This document shows, one piece after another, positions 8,758-18,718 of a DNA stretch of 64,000 nucleotides; positions within the stretch are counted from its first letter, which is position 1; every line of letters begins with the position of its first letter. A model generated the notes under the pieces. The model saw only the letters and a list, made by a program, of their open reading frames with translations, made no database searches and was not told the DNA's origin. Origin of the DNA: Dehalococcoidia bacterium (GTDB taxonomy: Bacteria > Chloroflexota > Dehalococcoidia > Plut-88900); contig OZ240221.1 of the NCBI GenBank assembly GCA_965197675.1, forward strand, positions 2,457,637 to 2,521,636, read 5' to 3'. Made by a program: the position numbers and the translations under genes.

Positions 8758-9096
8758 GTGGGCGTCAACATCGCTATCAAGATCCCCAAAGTTCACTACG
8801 AAAAGACCATAGCCTTCTATAGAGATGTTCTGGGGCTTCCGGTCGTCCAAGAGAAGGGTGGGGGCACAGGCAGGTCATACTCGTGTAAATACGGACCCAA
8901 TAAGCTGTGGTTCGACCTGGTTGAGCACTATAGCCAGACCGACGTTTGGCTGGAGCTGGAGGCCGACGACATAGACTTGGCAGCCAAACACCTCCAAGAT
9001 AGCAACGTACCCCTCAGGGACGAAATGGAGTCACTGGAAGGGCTGAAGGCTCATTGGATCTCTAGCCCAGTGGGAACCGTTCATTTACTGATTTAG
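8758..9096 (+). CDS. VOC/glyoxalase-bleomycin-resistance family small protein.
   Basis: GTG-started 112-aa ORF. YRDVLGLPV motif typical of the VOC fold. Confidence 0.5.
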   Translation: MGVNIAIKIPKVHYEKTIAFYRDVLGLPVVQEKGGGTGRSYSCKYGPNKLWFDLVEHYSQTDVWLELEADDIDLAAKHLQDSNVPLRDEMESLEGLKAHWISSPVGTVHLLI

Positions 9097-9176
9097 AACG
9101 GATAGCTCTCATTCCCGTCAGACCCGTGGCTATTACTCCTGTTCCCTTTTTAATGCCTGTGCTATTATGATTCTAT

Positions 9177-10289
9177 ATGGAAGACCTTAAATATTGGCTT
9201 GCTTTCAACCGCATTAAGGGCATCGGCCGGGCCAGGTTTTCCTCTCTGGAAACCCACTTCGGCTCCCTCCGAGAGGCCTGGAACGGCAGCCTCACAGACC
9301 TCAAGGAAGCCGGCTTAGATCAGCGCTCCATCAACAACATCGTTGCGAATAGACCCCACATAGATCCCGACGATGAGATGGAGAAGCTGGCCGAAAACAA
9401 TATTAGGGCTTTGACCTGGCATGATCCAGAATATCCGCCTCGCCTGAAAGAGGTCCACGATCTGCCCCCTGTACTGTACGTACGAGGCTCTTTGGAGAGT
9501 CAGGACGAATGGTCTATCGCCGTGGTGGGGACACGCCACGCCACGGCCTACGGACGAGAGATGGCAGAAGTGCTGGCGGAAGACCTGGGTTCTAACAGGA
9601 TTACCGTAATTAGTGGACTCGCCCGGGGCATCGATTCTCTGGCTCATAAGGCTGCTCTCAAAGCTGGAGGCAGGACTATAGCAGTCCAGGCGTGCGGATT
9701 GGATATAGTCTATCCTGCTGAGCACCTTAATCTAGCCAGAGAAATCATCGAATCTGGAGCACTGGTCAGCGATTATCCTCCTGGAACTCGACCAAAATCA
9801 GACCACTTCCCCAGACGGAACAGGATAATGAGCGGGATGGCCCTGGGAACATTGGTCATAGAAGCTGGTGAGTCCAGTGGCGCCCTCATCACAGCCGACT
9901 TAGCCTTGGAACAGAATCGAGAGGTCTTCGCCATACCAGGGAGCGTCCTATCAGCCAAGAGCCGTGGCACCAATCGACTGATTAGCGAAGGGGCGAAACT
10001 GGTATCTCGCGTGGAAGACATATTGGAGGAGCTAAACCTCACTATGGTCCCTCAGCAGATGGAGATGAAGGAACTGATACCGGTGACGGACATGGAAACG
10101 TCAATCATCAAGCATCTATCTCGTGAGCCCCTCCACATAGACGAGGTACGGCGCAGGGCCCATCTACCCATAGCCACCATAAGCAGCGCCTTGGCCATGA
10201 TGGAGTTGAAAGGTATGGTAAAACAAGTTGGGGCCATGAACTACGTGTTGACCAGAGAAGTACAAGCCGACTATCAAGTGGCAGTATAG
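9177..10289 (+). CDS. dprA: DNA processing protein DprA/Smf.
   Basis: Rossmann-like DprA core (VVGTRHATAYG...ISGLARGIDSLAHKAAL...IAVQACGLD) plus a C-terminal winged-helix-like tail. Confidence 0.85.
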   Translation: MEDLKYWLAFNRIKGIGRARFSSLETHFGSLREAWNGSLTDLKEAGLDQRSINNIVANRPHIDPDDEMEKLAENNIRALTWHDPEYPPRLKEVHDLPPVLYVRGSLESQDEWSIAVVGTRHATAYGREMAEVLAEDLGSNRITVISGLARGIDSLAHKAALKAGGRTIAVQACGLDIVYPAEHLNLAREIIESGALVSDYPPGTRPKSDHFPRRNRIMSGMALGTLVIEAGESSGALITADLALEQNREVFAIPGSVLSAKSRGTNRLISEGAKLVSRVEDILEELNLTMVPQQMEMKELIPVTDMETSIIKHLSREPLHIDEVRRRAHLPIATISSALAMMELKGMVKQVGAMNYVLTREVQADYQVAV

Positions 10290-10301
10290 AAAGAGATCGA
10301 T

Positions 10302-12563
10302 ATGCCGAAAGAGCTAGTGATCGTAGAGTCTCCGGCCAAAGCTCGCACCCTGGATAAGATTCTGGGCAAGAGATACGAAGTCCTGGCCTCTATGGGACAC
10401 GTCCGAGACTTGCCCCAGTATCGTTTCGGAGTAAACGTAGCCAAAGACTTCACCCCGACGTACGAAGTCCCCAAAGACAAGAAGGCGATAGTGAAACGGA
10501 TGACGGAGGTCGCCAAGAAGGCATCCTCCGTCTACCTTGCCACCGATCCAGATCGGGAAGGGGAGGCCATCTCGTGGCATCTACTCCAAGCCTCCAAGAT
10601 CAAGGACGTGCCCATCAAAAGAGTGGTATTCCACGAGATTACAGACAAGGCCATAAAGGAGGCCTTCAAGCATCCCAGAGACGTCGATTTGGACCTGGTA
10701 AATGCCCAGCAGGCTCGCCGGGTCCTGGATCGAGTGGTGGGTTACCGGCTCAGCCCCCTCCTCTGGAGAAAGATACAGAAGGGGCTATCCGCTGGGAGAG
10801 TCCAGTCCGTGACCCTGCGAATGATAGCTGATAGGGAAGAAGAGATTCAAAGCTTCGTTCCCACGGAGTACTGGACCATCGAGGCCATGCTCAACAAAAG
10901 GGCAAAGGACAACCAAGCCAAGTTCAAAGCGGTGCTGACCGGATACAAGGGAAGCAGGAAAAAGCTTACCATTCCCATTCAGGAAGAATCCGACAAGATC
11001 TTGGCAGACCTGGATGAGGCCAAGTACTCCGTCGAAAAGGTGGAGAAGAAGGACACTCGCCGCCAGCCTGCCCCTCCCTTCACCACCAGCACTTTGCAGC
11101 AGGAGGCATGGCGAAAGCTAAGGTTCTCCTCCAAGCGAACCATGGCTATAGCACAGCAGCTATACGAGGGTCTTTCCATCGGGTCGGAGGGGCAAGTAGG
11201 GCTTATAACCTACATGCGCACCGACTCCACCAACGTATCGATGGACGCCAGGCGCGAGGTTAGAGAGTTCATCGGGCGGAAATATGGGGCCCAGTTCATA
11301 CCTCCATCACCGAGAGCATTCAGCAAGAAATCCAAAGGCGCTCAAGAGGCCCACGAGGCCATTCGGCCAACCCAGGTTACCAGAGAGCCTGCAGTCACGA
11401 AGGGCTACTTGACTCTGGAACAGCAAAGGCTCTACGAGTTGATCTGGAAGCGCATGGTGGCCAGCCAGATGACCAATGCCGTCATAGCTTCCACCGCAGT
11501 ATCCATAGGCGCTGTCAGCGCTGTCTCCAACAACCAGTATATCTTCAAGGCTACTGGGTCGGTGACTACTTTCCTTGGGTTCCTGGTGCTGTACAGCGAG
11601 GATGCGGACGAGAAAGCAGATAAGGATGGTCAGGGCCATCTACCAGATCTGTCAGCAGGAGACGAACTTAACTGCCACAAGTTGGAATCATCCCAGCACT
11701 TCACTCAGCCTCCACCTCGCTATACTGAAGCCTCCCTAATAAAAGCGCTGGAAGAGAACGGCATCGGTCGACCTAGCACCTATGCTCCGATCCTCTCCAC
11801 GATCCAAGACAGGGAATATGTAAAGAGAGAGAAGGGAAGGTTCACTCCCACCGACCTGGGCTCCACGGTAAACTCCCTGCTGAAGGAACACTTCCCTGAC
11901 ATCGTGGATTTGAGATTCACTGCCGGGATGGAAGAAGAGCTGGACGAGGTGGCAAGAGGTGAACGGGGTTGGGTGCCTCTTGTGCGTGACTTCTACGAAC
12001 CCTTCCAGGACATGATACTAAAGGCCAACGAAGCCATCCCCGATGAGGCTGCCGGCATAGTCTGCGATCTGTGTGGACGTCCAATGGTAGTGCGGGCGGG
12101 TCGTAGAGGGCGCTTCATCGCCTGCAGCGGGTACCCGGAGTGTAAGAACACCAAATCCATACCGGGGTCCGAGAAGGAGACTGAGGAGCTGGAAGAGATA
12201 CACGAGACCTGTAACCAATGCGGACGTCCCATGACCCTCAAGATGGGCCGTCTTGGTAAGTTCATCGCTTGTACCGGCTTCCCTGAGTGCAAGAACACCA
12301 AGCCCTACAAGACAGGTGTGCACTGCCCGGACTGTGCCGGAGATCTAGTGGAGAAGATGAGCAAGAAGGGTCGTACGTTTTATGGATGCTCCAACTACCC
12401 TACTTGTAACTTCGCTGTGAACCAGAAGCCTCAATCTCGGCCTTGCCCCAATTGCAGGGGGCTGATGGTAGCTTCAGGCAGCGACAGTGCTCGATGTATC
12501 AAGTGCAAGAGCCGCCACAAGCTGGAGGAGATCAAGGAGGTAGAAGAGGCAGTAGCCGTATAG
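10302..12563 (+). CDS. topA: DNA topoisomerase I.
   Basis: TOPRIM N-terminus (LVIVESPAKARTL). Topoisomerase IA core. Multiple C-terminal C4 zinc ribbons (CDLCGRPM...CSGYPECKN repeated). Confidence 0.9.
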   Translation: MPKELVIVESPAKARTLDKILGKRYEVLASMGHVRDLPQYRFGVNVAKDFTPTYEVPKDKKAIVKRMTEVAKKASSVYLATDPDREGEAISWHLLQASKIKDVPIKRVVFHEITDKAIKEAFKHPRDVDLDLVNAQQARRVLDRVVGYRLSPLLWRKIQKGLSAGRVQSVTLRMIADREEEIQSFVPTEYWTIEAMLNKRAKDNQAKFKAVLTGYKGSRKKLTIPIQEESDKILADLDEAKYSVEKVEKKDTRRQPAPPFTTSTLQQEAWRKLRFSSKRTMAIAQQLYEGLSIGSEGQVGLITYMRTDSTNVSMDARREVREFIGRKYGAQFIPPSPRAFSKKSKGAQEAHEAIRPTQVTREPAVTKGYLTLEQQRLYELIWKRMVASQMTNAVIASTAVSIGAVSAVSNNQYIFKATGSVTTFLGFLVLYSEDADEKADKDGQGHLPDLSAGDELNCHKLESSQHFTQPPPRYTEASLIKALEENGIGRPSTYAPILSTIQDREYVKREKGRFTPTDLGSTVNSLLKEHFPDIVDLRFTAGMEEELDEVARGERGWVPLVRDFYEPFQDMILKANEAIPDEAAGIVCDLCGRPMVVRAGRRGRFIACSGYPECKNTKSIPGSEKETEELEEIHETCNQCGRPMTLKMGRLGKFIACTGFPECKNTKPYKTGVHCPDCAGDLVEKMSKKGRTFYGCSNYPTCNFAVNQKPQSRPCPNCRGLMVASGSDSARCIKCKSRHKLEEIKEVEEAVAV

Positions 12564-12572
12564 CTGGTCTAG

Positions 12573-13384
12573 GGCCTGTTAACACTATTAGTTGAATTAT
12601 GATACAATTCTGGCATGGAAATAACCGAAGTCCAGTTTCAACGTATCGCGCCCCATCTCCCAGTGCAGCGGGGCAATGTCAGCCTTTCGAACCTGCGAGT
12701 GCTCAACGCAATCTTGTACGTCGCCGAGCATGGTTGCAAATGGCGGGGGTTGCCGGCCCGGTTTGGCAACTGGCATACCATCTACACCCGCATGAACCGC
12801 TGGTCCAAGAGCGGCGTACTGGACCGGATATTCGAACACCTCCAGAAGGAACAGATGGTGCGCATCAAGCTGGAGGCGGTTTCGATGGACAGCACTACCG
12901 TCAAGGTGCATCCCGACGGCACGGGTGCGTTAAAAAAAACGGACCCCAGTCCATCGGCAAGTCCCGCGGCGGCTGGACCACCAAGATTCATATGGTTGCC
13001 GCGGATGCTCGAACAGCTATAACCTTTTCCCTCTCTCCAGGACAGGCCCACGACGCGCCGGAAGGGCGCAAGCTGCTGCACCATCTGGGGCCTCAGCATG
13101 GGAACCCGTCTCTGCTGATGGACCGGGCATACGAGGGAAACGAGACCCGCCAGTTGGCGTTAGCGCTGGGGTTCACACCTGTCGTTCCGCCGCTGAAGAG
13201 CCGGATTGACCCTTGGGAATACGACCGGGAGATATACAAGAAGCGCAACGAAATCGAGCGGCTATTCCGTCGGCTGAAGGGATTTCGCCGCATCTTCTCT
13301 CGCTTTGACAAGCTCGACGTACTCTTCCTGGGATTCATCCTATTCGGGTTCATTATCGATGCACTACGTTAGTGTTAACAGGCC
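12573..13384 (+). mobile_element. IS5-family (IS427/IS1031-like) insertion sequence, 812 bp.
   Basis: 15-bp terminal inverted repeats GGCCTGTTAACACTA (12573..12587 and 13370..13384, the right end as reverse complement). Flanking TAG at both ends (12570..12572 and 13386..13388), consistent with a 3-bp target duplication. Two overlapping transposase frames. Confidence 0.8.
12615..13372 (+). CDS. IS5-family DDE transposase, made by a -1 programmed frameshift fusing orfA (12615..) to orfB (..13372).
   Basis: A8 slippery run at 12932..12939. The orfA frame reads ...GTGALKKTDP. The -1 frame continues KKNGPQSIGKSRGGWTTKIHMVAADA...YKKRNEIERLFRRLKGFRRIFSRFDKLD, the conserved IS5 C-terminus. Confidence 0.75.
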
Positions 13385-13404
13385 TTAGCCGGTCCCCTCA
13401 AGCG

Positions 13405-14349
13405 ATGAAACGCCATCTCAAAAACTTCATTCACCACCTCCGATGGGAGCGATACGTCTCTCCCTACACGGCCCGCAACTACGAGACCGATCTGCGCCCC
13501 TTCTTCGAGTATCTTCAGGCTGAAAACGTAGAAGACCTGAAGTCAGTCGATAGAAAACTTCTCCGCGGGTACGTTGCTTGGCTGGCGCAGGATAGAACTA
13601 TCCCCTTGAGCCAGGGGACTGTCAAGCACGGCCACGAAATGGCCAGCGTAGCCCGTAAAATCAGCGTCCTCCGCTCCTTTTATAGATACCTGGAAAAGGA
13701 AAAGGTGGTGGAAAAGAACCCTGTTTCCAGATTGTCTCTTCCCAAGCTTGGGAAGAGAATCCCCTCCTTCCTTTCCCAACAGGAGGCGACTCAGCTAGTA
13801 GAGGCTCCGGAGAAGTCCACACCAATAGAATTGCGAAATAGGGCACTGCTGGAGCTACTTTATGCAGCAGGTCTCAGGGTTAGCGAACTAGTAGGACTTG
13901 ATGTGGTTGACGTAAACCTGAACACCAGAGAGATTCTGGTCTTCGGTAAAGGCTCCAAGGAGCGTCAGGCGCTGATGGGCGAGCCTGCTATAGAAGCTCT
14001 CCGTCACTATCTCAGCCATGGACGAAGGCTGTTACTCGACGGCCAAAGGACTCAAGCCCTGTTCATCAACAGGTATGGAAAAAGGCTATCTGCTCGAAGT
14101 GTGCAGAACATAGTCAGAAGATACGCCCTGAAAAAAGGCGTTGGACAAAGCGTCCACCCTCACACCTTTAGACACAGCTTCGCCACTCACCTTCTGGACG
14201 GCGGCGCCGATCTTAGAGTCGTCCAAGAGCTGCTGGGGCACGAAAGCCTCAGCACTACCCAAATCTACACACACATGACAACGGCCGAAGCAAGAAAAAC
14301 CTACCTGAAAGCCCATCCACGGGCAGGAAAAGTTGAGAGCAAGCGGTGA
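13405..14349 (+). CDS. xerC: Tyrosine recombinase XerC/XerD. The start is placed at ATG 13405 just outside the IS right end; the ORF-track start at 13372 lies inside the IS.
   Basis: N-terminal SAM-like domain. Catalytic R..HTFRHSFATHLL...LLGH...TQIYTH motifs. Confidence 0.85.
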   Translation: MKRHLKNFIHHLRWERYVSPYTARNYETDLRPFFEYLQAENVEDLKSVDRKLLRGYVAWLAQDRTIPLSQGTVKHGHEMASVARKISVLRSFYRYLEKEKVVEKNPVSRLSLPKLGKRIPSFLSQQEATQLVEAPEKSTPIELRNRALLELLYAAGLRVSELVGLDVVDVNLNTREILVFGKGSKERQALMGEPAIEALRHYLSHGRRLLLDGQRTQALFINRYGKRLSARSVQNIVRRYALKKGVGQSVHPHTFRHSFATHLLDGGADLRVVQELLGHESLSTTQIYTHMTTAEARKTYLKAHPRAGKVESKR

Positions 14350-14786
14350 GGATCCTCGTCATCTACGGCCCAAATCTAAATCGCCTTGGCAAGCGGGACA
14401 CTTCTCATTACGGGACGCGTACTATGGAGGACATCGATGCGGCCCTGGCGAAAAGGGCATTGCAGTTGAAAGTCGAGGTGGCGTCCTACCAGTCCAACAG
14501 CGAAGGGGCAATCATCGACTATATTCAGAACGAGTTGGAGAACGCCGACGGCATCATCATTAACCCCGGAGCCCTAACCCATTACGGGTTGTCGCTGCGA
14601 GACGCTCTTCAGGACACGGGTCTCCCTGTAATAGAGGTGCACCTGTCCAATATCCACGCCAGAGAGGAATGGCGCAGCAAGTCGGTCATCTCCCCTATAT
14701 CCAGAGGACAGATAGTAGGACTCGGATGGAGAGGGTTTGTAGCCGCTCTGGAGCTAATGGTCTCCATGGTGTCAGACGAGGAGTAG
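14346..14786 (+). CDS. aroQ: 3-dehydroquinate dehydratase, type II.
   Basis: ILVIYGPNLNRLGKR...IINPGALTHY...HLSNIHAREEWR signature. Confidence 0.85.
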   Translation: MRILVIYGPNLNRLGKRDTSHYGTRTMEDIDAALAKRALQLKVEVASYQSNSEGAIIDYIQNELENADGIIINPGALTHYGLSLRDALQDTGLPVIEVHLSNIHAREEWRSKSVISPISRGQIVGLGWRGFVAALELMVSMVSDEE

Positions 14787-14787
14787 C

Positions 14788-15870
14788 TTGGAACATCGCC
14801 TAGCACGACTGCGGGATAAGCTGCATGAGAGAGGCCTGGATGCCGTGCTCATATCCCAACCTGAAAATTGTCGCTATCTGTCCGGCTTCACCGGCTCTGC
14901 TGGCTATCTAGTCATCTCGGCGGAAGAGGCAATCATAGCCACCGATTTCCGCTATTTCGAGCAGTCGGCGCTCCAATCCCCCAACTTCAAGCTGGTCAAG
15001 GTCCAGGGTGGAGGCATGTCCCAATGGCTCAGCGAAGCCCTTTCCATCGTCAAGGCGAAGCGCTTCGGGTTCGAGGCAGGGCACGTCACTTTCGACTTCT
15101 ACACTCGACTCCGGAAGATGATGGCCGAGTTGAACGCCGCCGAGACACCCAGGTTGATGTCGACGCAGAACCTGGTGGAATCACTGAGAGTAACCAAGGA
15201 TGCGGAAGAGCTTAAGCAGATAGAGTTGGCAGCTCGCATCGCCGACGCCGCTATGGAAGATGTTGTTCCCACTATTAAGCTTGGAATGACCGAAAAACAG
15301 GTGGCGTGGGAGCTAGAAAAGTCGATGAGAGAGCATGGAGCGGATAGTGTAAGCTTTGATACTATTGTGGCATCTGGACCCAACGGAGCTCTCCCCCATC
15401 ACCGTCCCAGAGATCGAGCCATCCAGAAGGGAGACCCTATAGTTATCGATATGGGAGCGAAGGTGAACGGCTACTGTAGCGATATAACTCGTACTGTAAC
15501 GGTGGGCCAACCCGACGATACCCTGACAAAAGTATATGATACAGTGCTGGCCGCCCAACTTACTGCCATCGCAACCGTAGAGTCGGGTATGAATGGTGGT
15601 GAGGCGGACAGCCTCGCCAGAACAGTCATTGAGCAGGCCAACTATGGAGAGAATTTTGGACACTCGCTGGGCCACGGAATAGGCCTCGCCGTCCACGAAA
15701 ACCCCAGGGTAGGCCCCAACTCCAACTCCCAATTGGAGGCCTCAATGGTCTTCACCATAGAGCCGGGCATCTACGTGCCGGGATGGGGTGGAGTAAGGAT
15801 CGAGGACATGGTGGTGCTGGAGAACGGCAACGCTCGAGTGATAACCAAGACACCAAAAATCCTAAGCTGA
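14788..15870 (+). CDS. Xaa-Pro aminopeptidase/dipeptidase, M24 family.
   Basis: Creatinase-like N-terminal domain plus a pita-bread M24 domain (HGLGHGIGLAVHE, FTIEPGIY). Confidence 0.8.
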   Translation: MEHRLARLRDKLHERGLDAVLISQPENCRYLSGFTGSAGYLVISAEEAIIATDFRYFEQSALQSPNFKLVKVQGGGMSQWLSEALSIVKAKRFGFEAGHVTFDFYTRLRKMMAELNAAETPRLMSTQNLVESLRVTKDAEELKQIELAARIADAAMEDVVPTIKLGMTEKQVAWELEKSMREHGADSVSFDTIVASGPNGALPHHRPRDRAIQKGDPIVIDMGAKVNGYCSDITRTVTVGQPDDTLTKVYDTVLAAQLTAIATVESGMNGGEADSLARTVIEQANYGENFGHSLGHGIGLAVHENPRVGPNSNSQLEASMVFTIEPGIYVPGWGGVRIEDMVVLENGNARVITKTPKILS

Positions 15871-15879
15871 GGAATTAGA

Positions 15880-16437
15880 ATGATAGACACCGGCGGCATG
15901 AGGAAAGGCCTCACCATCGAGGTGGATGGACGCCTATACAAAATCCTGGACTTTCAGCACATCAAGATAGGAAGAGGCTCTGCCCAGGTGAGAATGAAGC
16001 TCAGAGACCTGCAGGCGGGACACACCATTGAGCGAACAGTCCAAGCAGGCGAGAAGTTCGCGGTAGCTCGTTTGGAACGCAGAACGGCCCAATATTTGTA
16101 CAGAGATGGTGACTTGCTCTATTTCATGGACTCGGAGACCTTCAATCAGGACCCTCTTTCAGCAGAGCTGTTACAGGACGTCATCAACTACCTTACCGAG
16201 GGTGCCACCTTAGACATAATCGTGCACGGAGACGAACCCATAGACGTAGAGCTGCCAACGACAGTCGAACTGAAAGTCGCTCAGACCGAACCTGGATTCA
16301 GAGGAAACACGGCTCAGGGCGCTACCAAGCCGGCCACTCTGGAGACGGGACTGGCGTTAAACATCCCTCTCTTCGTCAACGAAGGAGATACTATAAAAGT
16401 CGATACCAGGACAGGTGAGTATATGGAGCGGGTGTAA
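15880..16437 (+). CDS. efp: Elongation factor P.
   Basis: KGLTIEVDG..Y.ILDFQHIKIGRGSA at the N-terminus. Three OB-like domains. Conserved aroQ-pepP-efp neighbourhood. Confidence 0.9.
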   Translation: MIDTGGMRKGLTIEVDGRLYKILDFQHIKIGRGSAQVRMKLRDLQAGHTIERTVQAGEKFAVARLERRTAQYLYRDGDLLYFMDSETFNQDPLSAELLQDVINYLTEGATLDIIVHGDEPIDVELPTTVELKVAQTEPGFRGNTAQGATKPATLETGLALNIPLFVNEGDTIKVDTRTGEYMERV

Positions 16438-16447
16438 AGGAGGAGTT

Positions 16448-17098
16448 ATGATCAGGGCAACCATTATCTACTATCGAAAAGGTTCCAGCACTTTCGACTA
16501 CGATTATTACAGGACCCAGCACATGCCCCTTTCTGGAAGGATGCCTCACACGCTGGTCACCGAGATCGATGAAGTCGTAAGCCAAGAAGGTCCTATTCAT
16601 TGCATAGGCTATCATTACTACAACACCCTAGAAGAAGCCAAAAGCTCTTTTCTGGGCCCAGGCAGTGCTCCTCTTGCCGCCGACGTGCCCAACTACTACA
16701 GCGGTGGTGCCCCTACCATAGTTTTCAGCAAAGTAGATGAGCCTCCAAATCAGTCCTCGGATGCCAACAAGGAAAAAGCCGCCATCAGAGAGGCCATAAT
16801 CTACGAAAAGAGGGACTCCAGCACCTTCGACTACCAATACTATAAGAACAGCCACATGGCTAACATAGTCAAGAACCTCAGCCCCGTTCGCGTTGAGATG
16901 GACGAGGTAGTGGGTACCCCAGAAGGCGATTCTGCACCGATACACTGCATAGGGTATCTCTACTACAGCTCCATGGACAATTTGGAAAAGGACTCCCAAA
17001 CTCCCGCCGGTAAGGAAGGTATGGCAGACATCCCCAATTACTACAGCGGCGGAGACCCTGCGGATGTCATCAGCAAACTGGTAAGGGTGGATACTTAA
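16448..17098 (+). CDS. Tandem-duplicated EthD-like (TIGR02118-type) domain protein. Start chosen at the ATG 8 nt after an AAGGAGG Shine-Dalgarno sequence.
   Basis: Two homologous halves of about 100 aa each: ATIIYYRKGSSTFDYDYYRTQHMP...PIHCIGYHYY...VPNYYSGGAP and EAIIYEKRDSSTFDYQYYKNSHMA...PIHCIGYLYY...IPNYYSGGDP. Confidence 0.5.
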   Translation: MIRATIIYYRKGSSTFDYDYYRTQHMPLSGRMPHTLVTEIDEVVSQEGPIHCIGYHYYNTLEEAKSSFLGPGSAPLAADVPNYYSGGAPTIVFSKVDEPPNQSSDANKEKAAIREAIIYEKRDSSTFDYQYYKNSHMANIVKNLSPVRVEMDEVVGTPEGDSAPIHCIGYLYYSSMDNLEKDSQTPAGKEGMADIPNYYSGGDPADVISKLVRVDT

Positions 17099-17133
17099 CG
17101 TCTCTATTTTTGCGGCTGTTACCTCTGTGAGAG

Positions 17134-17910
17134 ATGCTTAAACTGGGGTGGTTTTCCACAGGGCGGGGAGAAGGCTCTCGGAATCTGTTGACCGCCATCT
17201 ACGATGCTATTCAAGGCGGTCAGATAAAGGCTCAGATCGAGTTCGTATTGAGCAACCGGGAACCCGGCGAGGCAGAGGGCAGCGATCGTTTCTTCCAACT
17301 AGTGCGTGACCTGAAGCTGGACCACGTCTACCTCTCGTCCAAAAAGTTCCGGGCGGGTTGGATGGGAACGCCCGATGAATGGCGCCTGAGCTATGATCGA
17401 GAAGTAATGCGACTGCTGGAGCCCTTCCAGCCCGACCTCTGTGTCCTGGCTGGGTATATGCTCATTGTGGGAGAGGAGATGTGCAGCCGCTACACCATGA
17501 TAAACTTGCATCCAGCCACCCCCGACGGCCCCGCCGGCGCCTGGCAAGACGTGATCTGGCACCTCATAGAAAAGAGGGCCGGTCACAGCGGGGTGAAGAT
17601 TCACCTGGTCACCCCAGAGTTGGACCGAGGCTCCACCCTCACCTACTGCTCCTACCTCATTACCGGAGATGAGCTGGATCCCCACTGGGAGTCGATAAAG
17701 GGCAAAGAGGTGGCAGAACTGAAGGCTCAAGAGGGCGATGAGCTGCCCCTGTTCAAGCTGATTCGTCAGCGGGGGATGAGGCGAGAGCTACCCCTGATAG
17801 TAGAGACGTTGAAGGCAATCGCTGAAGGCGGCATAAGCCTGGATAGGAACAAGCCTCTCACGGCTCATGATCTAACTGAGAGGATAGAAGCGGTGATAGC
17901 AACAGACTAA
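17134..17910 (+). CDS. Formyltransferase-family protein (PurN-like fold).
   Basis: DLCVLAGYMLIV...INLHPA...G fold signature. Assignment to purN proper is uncertain. Confidence 0.45.
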   Translation: MLKLGWFSTGRGEGSRNLLTAIYDAIQGGQIKAQIEFVLSNREPGEAEGSDRFFQLVRDLKLDHVYLSSKKFRAGWMGTPDEWRLSYDREVMRLLEPFQPDLCVLAGYMLIVGEEMCSRYTMINLHPATPDGPAGAWQDVIWHLIEKRAGHSGVKIHLVTPELDRGSTLTYCSYLITGDELDPHWESIKGKEVAELKAQEGDELPLFKLIRQRGMRRELPLIVETLKAIAEGGISLDRNKPLTAHDLTERIEAVIATD

Positions 17911-18695
17911 CGCCCCTTGTACCGGGGCGGTCTCTTCTCTACAAAGGCCAACGGGCCTTCCCTGGCGTCCTCCGTCATTTCGATGCGCTGGGCTATCAAG
18001 CTCTCCAATTGCAACCCGTGCTCTAGAGGCATGTCCAAGCCTTTGTATGCAAGCTCTTTGATGGCCCTTACGGTCAGTGGGCCATTGCTGTTAATCTTGT
18101 TAGCCAACGCCTCTGCGGCGTTCATTACCTCGGTGGCTGGGACTATTTTATTCACCAAGCCTAGATCATAGGCCTCCTTTGCCCCTATAAACTCGCCGGT
18201 CAGGAGCATCTCCAGCGCACGGCGGAAGGGAATAGTCCGTGGCAGCCTCTGAGTTCCACCGCCGGAGGGGATTATAGCCCTAGTCACTTCGGCCAACCCA
18301 AATACGGAGTTTTCCGAGGCGATGATGAAATCGCAGCATAGGGCCAACTCCAACCCTCCGGCGAGGCAATATCCGTTCACAGCGACTATGATGGGCTTCC
18401 ATACTTCCTGGGTTCTCCACAGGTCTCCAGTGCGTTGTCTGGATACCTCATGATCATTGCCCATGGCTCCTGCCTGACGTCGCTCGGATATCTCCTTGAG
18501 GTCAGCTCCCGCCGAGAAGGCTTTGTCACCAGCTCCTGTAATTATGGCGCACCAAACATCGGTATCGTCTCGGATCCTCAGCCAGGCGTCATTCAACCCG
18601 CTCCTCACTGCAGCATTCAAGGCGTTCATCTTCTCGGGACGGTTTATAGTTACGTAGGCTATTCGGTCCCTCTTCTGGAGGATGACCTCCGACAT
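17907..18695 (-). CDS. Enoyl-CoA hydratase/isomerase (crotonase) family protein.
   Basis: ITGAGDKAFSAGADLKE and AVNGYCLAGGLELAL motifs. Confidence 0.8.
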   Translation of the reverse strand: MSEVILQKRDRIAYVTINRPEKMNALNAAVRSGLNDAWLRIRDDTDVWCAIITGAGDKAFSAGADLKEISERRQAGAMGNDHEVSRQRTGDLWRTQEVWKPIIVAVNGYCLAGGLELALCCDFIIASENSVFGLAEVTRAIIPSGGGTQRLPRTIPFRRALEMLLTGEFIGAKEAYDLGLVNKIVPATEVMNAAEALANKINSNGPLTVRAIKELAYKGLDMPLEHGLQLESLIAQRIEMTEDAREGPLAFVEKRPPRYKGR

Positions 18696-18718
18696 TTGCT
18701 ACCCTCCCAGACCAGGCA

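Noticed and set aside
12599-13372. Single 257-aa ORF in the IS reported by the six-frame track
   Set aside because: Its N-terminal part is an out-of-frame read-through. The real product is the orfA to orfB -1 frameshift fusion starting at 12615.
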